From a virus: a stretch of DNA of 41,608 nt. The notes beneath the pieces are model-generated. The model searched no databases. It was not told the origin of the DNA and saw only the letters and a program-made list of their open reading frames with translations. The stretch spans positions 1 to 41,608 of IMG/VR virus record IMGVR_UViG_3300032080_000012. One strand, written 5' to 3'. Shown piece after piece: positions 22,257-29,623 of this stretch. Every line of letters starts with the position of its first letter. Position 1 is the stretch's first letter. The translations under genes and the position numbers were made by a program.

Positions 22257-23083
22257 TACTGGGCCTCCCGGGTCTGTAGGTCGATGACGGGCGCGATCCA
22301 GCCGGGCGGCGGCGGATTGGCGGGCCGTGCGGGGGCGAAGCGCTGGATGCCGGCGGCGCGGTCGGCCTCGACGCGGCAGAGGGCGCATGCGGGGCGGCCG
22401 TCGGCGCGGGTCGCTGCGCTCAGGCCGTGTCCACACTTCGACGGCGGATCGGGGTTCGGGGAATCTTCGGCCGCCCCATCTACCGCAACGTCCGTACGAA
22501 GATCTTCATCGTCAGCGTGGGAGATGGATCTTTCTTGGGAGATGTAGATGGGAGATGGGGGGACACCCAGGATGTCCCCTGATCGACCCGAATTTGTCCC
22601 CTGATCGCGATTTTCAGGGGACACCATGGTGTCCCCTGATCCCTTGGCCGCCGGGGCCTCATCAGGGGACATCCTGGGTGTCCCCTGATCCGGGTCGCCG
22701 GCAGGGCCGTTGCGGGCGTCGTGCGTGTCATCGCACATAGACCGGTAGCGGTCCGGGTCGGGCACGTCGAGGTCCTCCAGGATGTCCGGGCCGAGGATCA
22801 GGCGGTACTCGTCGGAGAGCCCACGGCGGCGGTTTCCCGGGCGCACCAGCTCGATGAGGCCGATGCCTCGCAGCCATGCCAGGTAGCGCCGAGCGGTGCG
22901 GTGCGAGACCTCCAGGTCGACGGCGAGGCGGGCCACTCCGCAGTGGATTCCGGTGCCGTTGGCCCGGGCGTAGCTGGACACCACGAGGCACGCCACCTTG
23001 CGTTCGCGGCCCATGCGGGCGCGGCGGACGAGGGCGTTCCAGGCGCCTACCGAGACGCCTAGTTCGTGGGCATTCGAGGTCAC
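22256..23083 (-). CDS. replication initiator / replisome-organiser-like winged-helix protein
   Basis: 275 aa, from a GTG at 23083 preceded by GGAGGA. The N-terminal wHTH-like segment is ..VARLAVDLEVSHRTARRYLAWLRGIGLIELVR... A low-complexity linker is encoded by the iteron cluster. It is the only replication-type gene in the genome. Function is inferred. Confidence 0.5.
   Translation of the reverse strand: MTSNAHELGVSVGAWNALVRRARMGRERKVACLVVSSYARANGTGIHCGVARLAVDLEVSHRTARRYLAWLRGIGLIELVRPGNRRRGLSDEYRLILGPDILEDLDVPDPDRYRSMCDDTHDARNGPAGDPDQGTPRMSPDEAPAAKGSGDTMVSPENRDQGTNSGRSGDILGVPPSPIYISQERSISHADDEDLRTDVAVDGAAEDSPNPDPPSKCGHGLSAATRADGRPACALCRVEADRAAGIQRFAPARPANPPPPGWIAPVIDLQTREAQ
22515..22692. 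repeat. iteron cluster, putative origin of replication inside the initiator gene
   Basis: TGTCCCCTGATC occurs 4 times (22573, 22595, 22630, 22679). Three copies form palindromes with GGGGACA: a 26-bp perfect palindrome tcaggggacacc-at-ggtgtcccctga at 22614..22639, atcaggggaca-N7-tgtcccctgat at 22661..22689, and ggggaca-N7-tgtcccc at 22559..22579. GGGAGATG occurs 3 times (22519, 22537, 22550) in a locally AT-richer stretch. Confidence 0.6.
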
Positions 23084-23108
23084 GGGGTGGATCCTCCGGG
23101 GCGGTGCT

Positions 23109-23134
23109 GACACTTTCGAGTGAGCAAAGGTGTC
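23109..23134. promoter_or_regulatory. imperfect palindrome upstream of the initiator gene (possible operator)
   Basis: gacacttt-cgagtgagc-aaaggtgtc, in the lower-GC 103-nt gap before the GTG at 23083. It shares the GACAC/GTGTC core with the iteron arms. Confidence 0.3.
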
Positions 23135-23186
23135 GTATGGGTGTGGCATGCGGCCCGGCCGCTGTCGGGTGGATGTCCGGGCTGTG

Positions 23187-23432
23187 TCAGGCGCCTCCCC
23201 TCTCGCCAGCGGCCAACTGCTGCACGTCCCGTCCGGGCGTGATCTCGCCGGGCGGCGGCATGCGCCGATCGCGGTGCGTGCGGCAGTAGAGGCCGGTCCG
23301 CTCGTTGCACGCCGGGCACAGTTCCAGCACCAGCCACACGCCCGGCGCCGGGCAGAACGCGAGCGCGGCGTGCTTGTACGGGCAGCGCGGGCACGCCCAG
23401 CGTGCTGAGATGTCGACGGCGGGCGGCTTCAC
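23187..23432 (-). CDS. small zinc-ribbon protein
   Basis: 81 aa, ..WACPRCPYKHAALAFCPAPGVWLVLELCPACNERTGLYC... GTG start. Confidence 0.55.
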   Translation of the reverse strand: MKPPAVDISARWACPRCPYKHAALAFCPAPGVWLVLELCPACNERTGLYCRTHRDRRMPPPGEITPGRDVQQLAAGERGGA

Positions 23433-23463
23433 GGCGTGCCGTCCGGGTCGAGGCGCACCCGCG

Positions 23464-23501
23464 ACTTCGCACCGGACTTCGCACCCGGCTTCGCACTTCG
23501 C
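23464..23501. repeat. 12-bp tandem repeat in an intergenic spacer
   Basis: ACTTCGCACC at 23464 and 23476, GCTTCGCAC at 23488, and a partial CTTCGC at 23496. The period is 12 bp. It reads GTGCGAAG x3 on the minus (transcribed) strand. It lies between the stop at 23509 and the GTG start at 23432. Confidence 0.8.
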
Positions 23502-23508
23502 TGCCCGG

Positions 23509-23787
23509 TCATGGGATGTCGCCCGCCTCCTCGGCGGCCGCGGCGCGGCAGGCGGATCGCCGGCACGGCTTGTGGCCGCCGTTGGCGATCGGGTCGGGTA
23601 GCGGCTTGCCGCAGCGCGGGCAGACCTGCCGTCCGGCGACGGTCGGCGGCTCCGGCTCGTCGACCAGGCCGAGGGCGCCGAGGACGTCGGCGTTGCCGGT
23701 GCGCTCGAGGTAGCGGACGGCGGCGGCCCGGGTTTCGGGTTGCTGGCCGTAGGGCCGGTCGAGGCGGGTGACGACGGCGTCGGCCAC
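23509..23787 (-). CDS. hypothetical protein with C-terminal zinc-ribbon-like motif
   Basis: 92 aa, ..VAGRQVCPRCGKPLPDPIANGGHKPCRRSAC... Confidence 0.55.
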   Translation of the reverse strand: MADAVVTRLDRPYGQQPETRAAAVRYLERTGNADVLGALGLVDEPEPPTVAGRQVCPRCGKPLPDPIANGGHKPCRRSACRAAAAEEAGDIP

Positions 23788-23788
23788 G

Positions 23789-24337
23789 TCAGGTCACCGC
23801 CCCGCGCCGTGGGCAGGTGCGCCCGGAGCCGTCGCAGATGCAGCCGGGCGGGTTCGGCGGCTTGGGCCCGCGCGCCCGGCGGCCTTGGTGGACGATGCAG
23901 GCCGGGTCAGGTCCGCCGTTCGGCCGGTACACGCAGGTGCACGAGTCGGCGGGCGGAAGCAAATCGAACGGCTCCGTGGCGCATCCGTGGTTCGCGTGCC
24001 AGGCAGCGGCGCAGTCGCGGTGTCCGCCTTTCAGCGGGGCGTCGCGCTCGCATTCCGGGCCGCTGCCGGGGCAGTCCGGGCCGTGCCAGCACCGGTCGTC
24101 GGCGTTGAGCAGCGCGCAGATCCGCTCGGCCAGCGCGGTGTCCCCGTTGACGACCACGGCGACGAGCTGGGAGTCGTGGCGGCTGAGTGCGTGGCTGTCC
24201 CAGCCGCAGACTCCGCATGCCCCGCCGTCGGCTCCGTGGTACTCGCCATGGCACTTCGGGTTCGGGTCGGGGTTGCCCTCGTGGACGATGGTGACGCCCC
24301 AGTGGCGGCCGACGCGGTACTCAGCCACGGCCGCCAC
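23789..24337 (-). CDS. Cys/His-rich protein, paralog family A (copy 2)
   Basis: 182 aa. ..EYRVGRHWGVTIVHEGNPDPNPKCHGEYHGADGGACGVCGWDSHALSRHDSQLVAVVVNGDTALAERICALLN.. aligns with ORF 20360..20992. A 33-nt stretch (24104..24136) is identical to 20825..20857. Confidence 0.65.
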   Translation of the reverse strand: MAAVAEYRVGRHWGVTIVHEGNPDPNPKCHGEYHGADGGACGVCGWDSHALSRHDSQLVAVVVNGDTALAERICALLNADDRCWHGPDCPGSGPECERDAPLKGGHRDCAAAWHANHGCATEPFDLLPPADSCTCVYRPNGGPDPACIVHQGRRARGPKPPNPPGCICDGSGRTCPRRGAVT

Positions 24338-24467
24338 CTGCCTTGGCTCGCCGTTCGGCCCGGCAGGCGATGGCGTGGCGGATCAGGGCGTACGGCATCA
24401 GCAGCAGCGCAAGCGGCAGGAGGTTCCCGCACGGCTTGGGGTTGTGGTAGTCCCGCTCCTCAGCCAC
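24321..24467 (-). CDS. possible small membrane peptide (48 aa)
   Basis: A GTG 8 nt inside the upstream gene end. VAEERDYHNPKPCGNLLPLALLLMPYALIRHAIACRAERRAKAGGGRG. It fills the gap between 24460 and 24337. Weak evidence. Confidence 0.3.
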   Translation of the reverse strand: MAEERDYHNPKPCGNLLPLALLLMPYALIRHAIACRAERRAKAGGGRG

Positions 24468-24810
24468 AGTCGGCCCCCTTCGCGTCGACGCGCACCAGGT
24501 CCCCGCCGAACGTCCGCTCGCGACGGTGCGTCGCCCAGCCGGACAGGTCCGCGTCGGGCTTACGGCGCAGCAGCTCGTGCACCAGCTCGGCGCGGGCCAT
24601 GACACCCGGCGTCACCTCGCCGTTGGACAGGTGCTCGCCGACCTTCACGCCGTTGCGGGACGCGGACACCATGGGCCAGCGGTGTTCGGCGGCGATCTCG
24701 GAGCGGTACCAGCAGACGACGGTGCCGTGGTCGATGGTGGTACTGACGGTGCAGACGATGTTGTCGGCCCGCCAGCTGCCGCCCTCGCCGCCGCGCACGG
24801 TCGCGGCCAT
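24460..24810 (-). CDS. hypothetical protein
   Basis: 116-aa ORF with normal composition. The ATG shares its A with the upstream TGA. Confidence 0.55.
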   Translation of the reverse strand: MAATVRGGEGGSWRADNIVCTVSTTIDHGTVVCWYRSEIAAEHRWPMVSASRNGVKVGEHLSNGEVTPGVMARAELVHELLRRKPDADLSGWATHRRERTFGGDLVRVDAKGADCG

Positions 24811-25031
24811 CAGAACGGCTCGCTTTCGTCGCCGATGACCTCACCGGACGGGTAGGCGTGGATCCGGCCGTCCGGCGTGGTGTAGGTGATCTCCTCGTCC
24901 ATGTCGGAGACGTAGACGTCGAACAGGTCGTCCACCTCGTCGTCGGCCAGCGCCTGCTCGTACTCGGCGCGGTCGACCTTGAATGTGCAGGTGCCGATCA
25001 TGGTCGCCTTGATCTCGATCTCGTCGCTCAT
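24810..25031 (-). CDS. small acidic protein
   Basis: 73 aa from an internal ATG overlapping the upstream stop (ATGA). MSDEIEIKATMIGTCTFKVDRAEYEQALADDEVDDLFDVYVSDMDEEITYTTPDG... Confidence 0.55.
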   Translation of the reverse strand: MSDEIEIKATMIGTCTFKVDRAEYEQALADDEVDDLFDVYVSDMDEEITYTTPDGRIHAYPSGEVIGDESEPF

Positions 25032-25804
25032 GCCGGTGCTCCTTCGGGTCGGTGGGTGATGCTGATGCTGGGTGGCTGTGGGCAATGCACGTGGCGGAGC
25101 CGGTCGGCTCCGTCCAGCAGCTCGTACGCCTCGCCGCGCCGGATCTCCTGGTCGCAGGACTCGCAGTCCCGGCCGCCGTCACGGGCGACGACCCAGCTGG
25201 GCCTGCGCTCTTTCTCCCGGTCGAGCGCGTCACGGGCCTGCCCGTACTCCACGCGCAGCTGCTCCAGCTCGGTGCGCGCGGACGCCAGCTCGGCGCGGGC
25301 GAGGTCGCGCTCGACTTCCGCGCGCACGACGGCGAGGCCCTCGCTGTTCTTCAGCACGCGGACCTCGGCCGCCAGCTCGTCGCGCTGCTCCTCGGTGACG
25401 TCATGCAGCCTGACGAACGCCTCGACGTCGGCGGCGAGGGTGCTGAGCGCCTCCTGCGGCCGCTCACCGGTCGGGCTGAGCGCGTCGCCGATCCGGGCGA
25501 GGATGCTCAACAGCTCGGCGCGCTCGCGCTCGACGCGGGCCAGTGCACCCCGGGCCTCGTTGCGCTCGGCCAGCGTGGCCTCGCGGTCGTTGAGCACGGC
25601 GGCCAGTTCGTGCTCGACGCGGCGCAGCATGGCCGAGGTGGACTCGCCGCCCGGCATCAGCGGCGCGCCCTGCGCCAGCGCGCTGGCCTTCAGGTCCGCC
25701 TCGAACTTCGCGCAGCCGCAGTCGACCGCCCGGCAGCCGTCCCGCTCCCGCTTGTGCTGCGACTTCGGGTGCTCGCACTCGCAGATGTAGACCGAGGCCG
25801 TCAT
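25028..25804 (-). CDS. coiled-coil protein with terminal Cys clusters
   Basis: 258 aa. N-terminal CECEHPKSQHKRERDGCRAVDCGC, a long Glu/Arg/Ala/Leu heptad-like middle, and C-terminal CESCDQEI...HVHC. Confidence 0.6.
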   Translation of the reverse strand: MTASVYICECEHPKSQHKRERDGCRAVDCGCAKFEADLKASALAQGAPLMPGGESTSAMLRRVEHELAAVLNDREATLAERNEARGALARVERERAELLSILARIGDALSPTGERPQEALSTLAADVEAFVRLHDVTEEQRDELAAEVRVLKNSEGLAVVRAEVERDLARAELASARTELEQLRVEYGQARDALDREKERRPSWVVARDGGRDCESCDQEIRRGEAYELLDGADRLRHVHCPQPPSISITHRPEGAPA

Positions 25805-26052
25805 GACGCACGCTCCCCGCCGTGCGTCCAGGCATCCGCGTCCGCCCAGGCGGTCTCAAGGTCGTCGTAGTGGCCCATCGCTTGGCCGTCGTCCCGTGGC
25901 GTCCCGTTGATGACCGGGCACCACGTCCAGAAGCCCCGGCTCGGCCAGACGAACACGACAGCCCGGACGGCCCTGTGCGGCCAGCGCTTGCGCTCGGTGA
26001 AGAAGCTCTCGTTGCGGTTGGAGCAGATCGGCGCTCCGCACGGGCAGCTCAC
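25801..26052 (-). CDS. hypothetical protein
   Basis: 83 aa from a GTG (GTGA overlap). VSCPCGAPICSNRNESFFTERKRWPHRAVRAVVFVWPSRGFWTWCPVINGTPRDDG... Confidence 0.5.
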   Translation of the reverse strand: MSCPCGAPICSNRNESFFTERKRWPHRAVRAVVFVWPSRGFWTWCPVINGTPRDDGQAMGHYDDLETAWADADAWTHGGERAS

Positions 26053-26384
26053 GACGCACGCCCCGGGATGACCGGCACCGACCGGCGCAACGGCAACGGC
26101 CGCGGCTGGCTGGCGTAGTCGTCCGGCAGCGGCGGCAGCGGGCAGATGGCGTTCCTCAGATCCAGCAGCCGATCCAGCTCCCGCCACATCGACTCCGTGC
26201 GCACCGGCGCCGGGATGACCAGGATCTCGGTCAGCTTGCGGTCGACCTCGGCGACCCGGGCCAGGGTCCGCCGGTCAGCGGACGCCTCGACGGGCGCGAC
26301 GGTGTGCTCGACGTGGATGCCGGCGGGCCGGTCGACGGGCGTGACCAGCTTGCGGGTCAGGCCACGACGGTGAAGGAAGCTCAT
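26049..26384 (-). CDS. hypothetical protein
   Basis: 111 aa from an internal ATG (ATGA overlap). MSFLHRRGLTRKLVTPVDRPAGIHVEHTVAPVE... Confidence 0.5.
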   Translation of the reverse strand: MSFLHRRGLTRKLVTPVDRPAGIHVEHTVAPVEASADRRTLARVAEVDRKLTEILVIPAPVRTESMWRELDRLLDLRNAICPLPPLPDDYASQPRPLPLRRSVPVIPGRAS

Positions 26385-26641
26385 CGCGGGCTCACCGCCT
26401 CGGCCAGCCCGAGCCGCACGACCAGCTCGCGGTTGAATCCCGACGCGCAGGGCACGCAGACTCGCATCAGCCACCAGTCGGGGTTGCCCATGTCGCTGTT
26501 CGGCGGCAGCTTCATCTCGACGTACCGGGCACCGGGCTCGATGCGGTCGGCGCACTCCGCGCGCTCGCCTCCACACTCGTGCTGCTTACGGGCGGTGCGG
26601 GCCTGCCAGTACTCCTGGCGGTTGCGCAGCTTCGCGGCCAT
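26381..26641 (-). CDS. hypothetical Cys-containing protein
   Basis: 86 aa from an ATG sharing A with the upstream TGA. MAAKLRNRQEYWQARTARKQHECGGERAECADRIEPGARYVEMKLPPNSDMGNPDWWLMRVCVPCASGF... Confidence 0.5.
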   Translation of the reverse strand: MAAKLRNRQEYWQARTARKQHECGGERAECADRIEPGARYVEMKLPPNSDMGNPDWWLMRVCVPCASGFNRELVVRLGLAEAVSPR

Positions 26642-27141
26642 CAACGGGTCACCGCCTCGGCCAGCTTGTCGAGCGCGGCCACCTGCGCCGACGGCATCGG
26701 CACCTGCGGCTGACCGAGGAGCTGACACCCGGCCGCGCGCAGCCACCACGCGTCCACCTGGTTGTCGTCGGCCAGCTCGAGCCCGGCACGCTTGAACAGC
26801 GCCACCGCCATCTCCGGCTTGCCCGCGTTGCCCCGGCCGGTCGCGAACTTCTTCAGCGTCGCCGGGGTCAGCAGCACGTACCGCCGCATCTGGACCTGCA
26901 GCACGTGCCGGACCACGCCGTGCACCATGCCGGTGATGCCCGCGCTGTGCGCATGCGTCGGCAGATCCTCGATGACGACCAGGTCTGCGCCCTGGGTCAT
27001 CACGGCAACGGCGGCGGCGATCTCGACGAGGCGGGCGTCGCCGTTGCCGCGCGGCTTCACCGTGATGGTGCCGCCGTGGTCGTCGCAGATGCCGGTCGCG
27101 GTCATCGACAGGTCGAGGCCGACCACGCTCGGGGCGGTCAT
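26641..27141 (-). CDS. RuvC-like Holliday junction resolvase
   Basis: 166 aa, MTAPSVVGLDLSMTATGICDD...ADLVVIEDLPTHAHSAGITGMVHGVV...LKKFATGRGNAGKPEM...ADDNQVDAWWL. The acidic-residue spacing (D..E..D) is RuvC-like. Confidence 0.7.
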   Translation of the reverse strand: MTAPSVVGLDLSMTATGICDDHGGTITVKPRGNGDARLVEIAAAVAVMTQGADLVVIEDLPTHAHSAGITGMVHGVVRHVLQVQMRRYVLLTPATLKKFATGRGNAGKPEMAVALFKRAGLELADDNQVDAWWLRAAGCQLLGQPQVPMPSAQVAALDKLAEAVTR

Positions 27142-27302
27142 CGGCTTGCCCTCTTGGAGGTGGGGATCATCCGGCCGGAGACCGACCGCTGATGCTCGGA
27201 CCGCGGCCGGCGGCAGTTCATGAACTCGCACGGCCGGTCGAGTCGAGAGGTGCGGTGACCGGTCGGGTTCTGCGGCGGGCGCCAGACGTGTCCGGTGATC
27301 AC
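27138..27302 (-). CDS. small ORF (54 aa) below the ORF-track size cutoff
   Basis: Hand translation: VITGHVWRPPQNPTGHRTSRLDRPCEFMNCRRPRSEHQRSVSGRMIPTSKRASR. The GTG overlaps the RecT stop (GTGA) and the TGA overlaps the RuvC ATG (ATGA). About 48 of 54 third positions are G/C. Confidence 0.45.
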   Translation of the reverse strand: MITGHVWRPPQNPTGHRTSRLDRPCEFMNCRRPRSEHQRSVSGRMIPTSKRASR

Positions 27303-28213
27303 TGCGGCTCACCGCCCGCCGGCACGGGCGCGGTCTCCGGCCAGTCGCCGCCGGCCGGTGCGTCGTCGCTGAAGTCGCCCTCGATGAAGTCGCCCTGCGG
27401 CGTGTCCACGCCGGCCGGCATGCTGGGCTCAGCGATGACGCGCTGCACCTCGGCCGCCGCCCGGGCCAGCTCCTTGCGGTACTCCGCCGACGTCGGCACC
27501 CACTTGCGCAGCTGCCGAGCCGCGGACTTCATCCACATCGACGCTTCCCAGTTCGTCCACGGCGAGTACTCGCCGCCCGACGCCGGGTTGACCCGCTTGA
27601 TCCGGTCGATGTCGTCCTGGTTCAGCTCGACGACCTGCGACACGGCGCCGGACATCATCCGGGCGTAGGCGTAGACACCGATCAGCTTGCCGCGGTCGGC
27701 CTCCCGGGCGAACGGCTTGAACCGGTGCATCGGCACCTCGTCGATGCCGCGCTGATAGCGGTACTCGTCGTTCTCCCGCACCACCTGCACGACCACCGAG
27801 GACACGGCGCCGGCCCGGTACATCAGCTCGACGTAGCCCTGATAGCCGGTGATGCCGAGGATCTCCAACTTGCCGTCCCGGCCGCCGACCCTGCGCGGGG
27901 TGAGGTAGTACTCCTCCGAGCCGGGAGTGAGGCCCTGCCGGGCGGCGTCGAGCAGCGCGGCGAGGAACGCACCCGGGTTGTTCCCGGCGGCCACCTCAAG
28001 CTCGAACCGGCCGTGGTTGGCGTGGTCCGGCGCCTTCGGGTTCGGGGCGTTGATCCGCTTGCCCTTGCGCAGGGCGCCCTCGGCGAGCCGAACCCAGGTC
28101 TCCGCCTTGACGTGCGTGGGCAGGACGGTGGCGAAGTCGGTGGAGTACTTGCGGATCAGCGCGGCCGGCGAGGTATCCCGCTGGGCGACGGCGTTCGAAA
28201 CGGTCTCAGGCAC
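27299..28213 (-). CDS. recT: RecT-family single-strand annealing recombinase
   Basis: 304 aa from a GTG just inside the upstream gene end. ..LEILGITGYQGYVELMYRAGAVSSVVVQVVRENDEY...GKLIGVYAYARMMSGAVSQVVELNQDDIDRIK...SPWTNWEASMWMKSAARQLRKWVPTS is RecT-typical. Confidence 0.8.
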   Translation of the reverse strand: MPETVSNAVAQRDTSPAALIRKYSTDFATVLPTHVKAETWVRLAEGALRKGKRINAPNPKAPDHANHGRFELEVAAGNNPGAFLAALLDAARQGLTPGSEEYYLTPRRVGGRDGKLEILGITGYQGYVELMYRAGAVSSVVVQVVRENDEYRYQRGIDEVPMHRFKPFAREADRGKLIGVYAYARMMSGAVSQVVELNQDDIDRIKRVNPASGGEYSPWTNWEASMWMKSAARQLRKWVPTSAEYRKELARAAAEVQRVIAEPSMPAGVDTPQGDFIEGDFSDDAPAGGDWPETAPVPAGGEPQ

Positions 28214-28388
28214 GGTCGGCCTCCAGTGGCTGGTAGATCGTGATGTCTTCGATGACGTACCGGACGATGTGGCCGGTGTTCGCGACGTGCATTCGCGCTC
28301 GCTCACGGGTCCAGCCGGGTCGCTTGCCGCAGTGCAGGCAGAGCGCGAGGCCCTCGGTCTTGACCCGTGTCGTCTTGGCCTTAGACAT
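28206..28388 (-). CDS. small zinc-binding-like protein
   Basis: 60 aa, MSKAKTTRVKTEGLALCLHCGKRPGWTRERARMHVANTGHIVRYVIEDITIYQPLEADRA. The ATG lies 8 nt inside the exonuclease gene end. Confidence 0.5.
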   Translation of the reverse strand: MSKAKTTRVKTEGLALCLHCGKRPGWTRERARMHVANTGHIVRYVIEDITIYQPLEADRA

Positions 28389-29412
28389 AGCTGGCCGACC
28401 TCCCGGGGTTGAGGCGGTCGACGACGGGCCAGTCGCCATCCAGGGCGGTCAGCTCGGCGGAGTCGCCGGACTGGTCGTAGACCGAGCGGGACGCAACGAG
28501 CTTCTTGCCGACGACCGCCCGGTTGAACTCGGAGCCGAGCGCCTCCCGGATGCGGGCCTCGCACCGGTCCACGACGGCGTCAGCGCGCTTCCTCAGCGCG
28601 CGAGCCCGGCGGTACGCCTCGGCCAGCTCGACGCTGACCTCCACGTCGCCCTCACCCACCAGCGGGTGCAGCCGCGACAGGGCCGCCAGGGTCGCCGAGT
28701 GGCCGTCCAGATCCGGGGCGTCGCCGGACTCCAGCCGGGCGTGGAACTCGGCGCCGGCCGCCCGCATGATCCGCAGGTCTTTCTCGTCGCGGCGGATCGG
28801 TCCGTACGCGCGGAAGCCGCCCGGGCCGAGGACGGCGAAGTGGACCTCGTCGACGCCGAGGACGTCGGCTTGCCACAGTCCCTGGGCGCGGTAGTAGACA
28901 GGGATATCGTCGGTGCCGGGCTCACCCCAGCCGTCCCAGGAGTAGGCCACCCACTTGCACTCCAGCAGCGCGTGCGCCGGGCCGTCGATCCCGGTGTTCC
29001 GGCAGCACTCGCAGCCATACCCGGGAAAGCAGCCGCTACCGGCCGCCGCCCCGTCACAGCACGAGCACAGCATGTGGATGAGCCGGTCCGGGGTGGCCAG
29101 CTGCCACGGCCGGTCCGGATGCGCGTACAGCCCGGCCGGGCGCAGTACGAGGTTCTCCAGCGGGTCGTTCTCGGCGATCCACCAGTCGGCCGCCGACGGC
29201 TCCACGTACCGGCCGGCGGACATGATGTCGGTGCCCTCGGTGTCCCAGCCGTTCAGCTTCTTCCAGTACAGCGAGAACGGCGAGTCCCACGGCGAGAGGC
29301 CCATTACCGCGGCGATCTCCGACGCGGTGACACCGGCGCGGCGCAGCTCATGCCACCGCGGGTTGTCCGGGCCGGTCTCGGCCGGCGCGAGCAGCTCGAT
29401 CGGCTCAGGCAT
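28381..29412 (-). CDS. YqaJ/lambda-Exo-type recombination exonuclease with a Cys-cluster insertion
   Basis: 343 aa. YqaJ-type N-terminal motif ..RRAGVTASEIAAVMGLSPWDSPFSLYWKK... PD-(D/E)xK-like residues ATPDRL ... LLECKW. The seven-Cys insert CSCCDGAAAGSGCFPGYGCECC lies between them. Confidence 0.8.
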   Translation of the reverse strand: MPEPIELLAPAETGPDNPRWHELRRAGVTASEIAAVMGLSPWDSPFSLYWKKLNGWDTEGTDIMSAGRYVEPSAADWWIAENDPLENLVLRPAGLYAHPDRPWQLATPDRLIHMLCSCCDGAAAGSGCFPGYGCECCRNTGIDGPAHALLECKWVAYSWDGWGEPGTDDIPVYYRAQGLWQADVLGVDEVHFAVLGPGGFRAYGPIRRDEKDLRIMRAAGAEFHARLESGDAPDLDGHSATLAALSRLHPLVGEGDVEVSVELAEAYRRARALRKRADAVVDRCEARIREALGSEFNRAVVGKKLVASRSVYDQSGDSAELTALDGDWPVVDRLNPGRSASYV

Positions 29413-29623
29413 CAGGCATCCCGGCGGCAGTTCGGCAGTGCGGGCAGTCGGGGCTGTTCGGGTTGTGCGCCCCGTCGAAGTCCACGCCGAGGGACCGCTT
29501 GTCGTGCTCTCTGCCCGCGTGGCAGGTGGCCATGTGTCCGGCCCAGACCTGCTCGCCGCCGACGAGCACCTGCCGGTAGACGAAGCACCGGTGGTTGCAG
29601 AACTTGCAGTACGCGCCCGCCAT
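29405..29623 (-). CDS. small zinc-ribbon protein
   Basis: 72 aa, MAGAYCKFCNHRCFVYRQ...MATCHAGREHD...PDCPHCRTAAG. The ATG shares its A with the upstream TGA. Confidence 0.5.
   Translation of the reverse strand: MAGAYCKFCNHRCFVYRQVLVGGEQVWAGHMATCHAGREHDKRSLGVDFDGAHNPNSPDCPHCRTAAGMPDA

Noticed and set aside
22515-22692. Possible CRISPR array, because of the repeated TGTCCCCTGATC units.
   Set aside because: There are only four 12-nt copies with irregular spacing (22, 35 and 49 nt). They are arranged as palindromes, lie inside a CDS, and no cas genes are present. They fit iterons, not CRISPR repeats.
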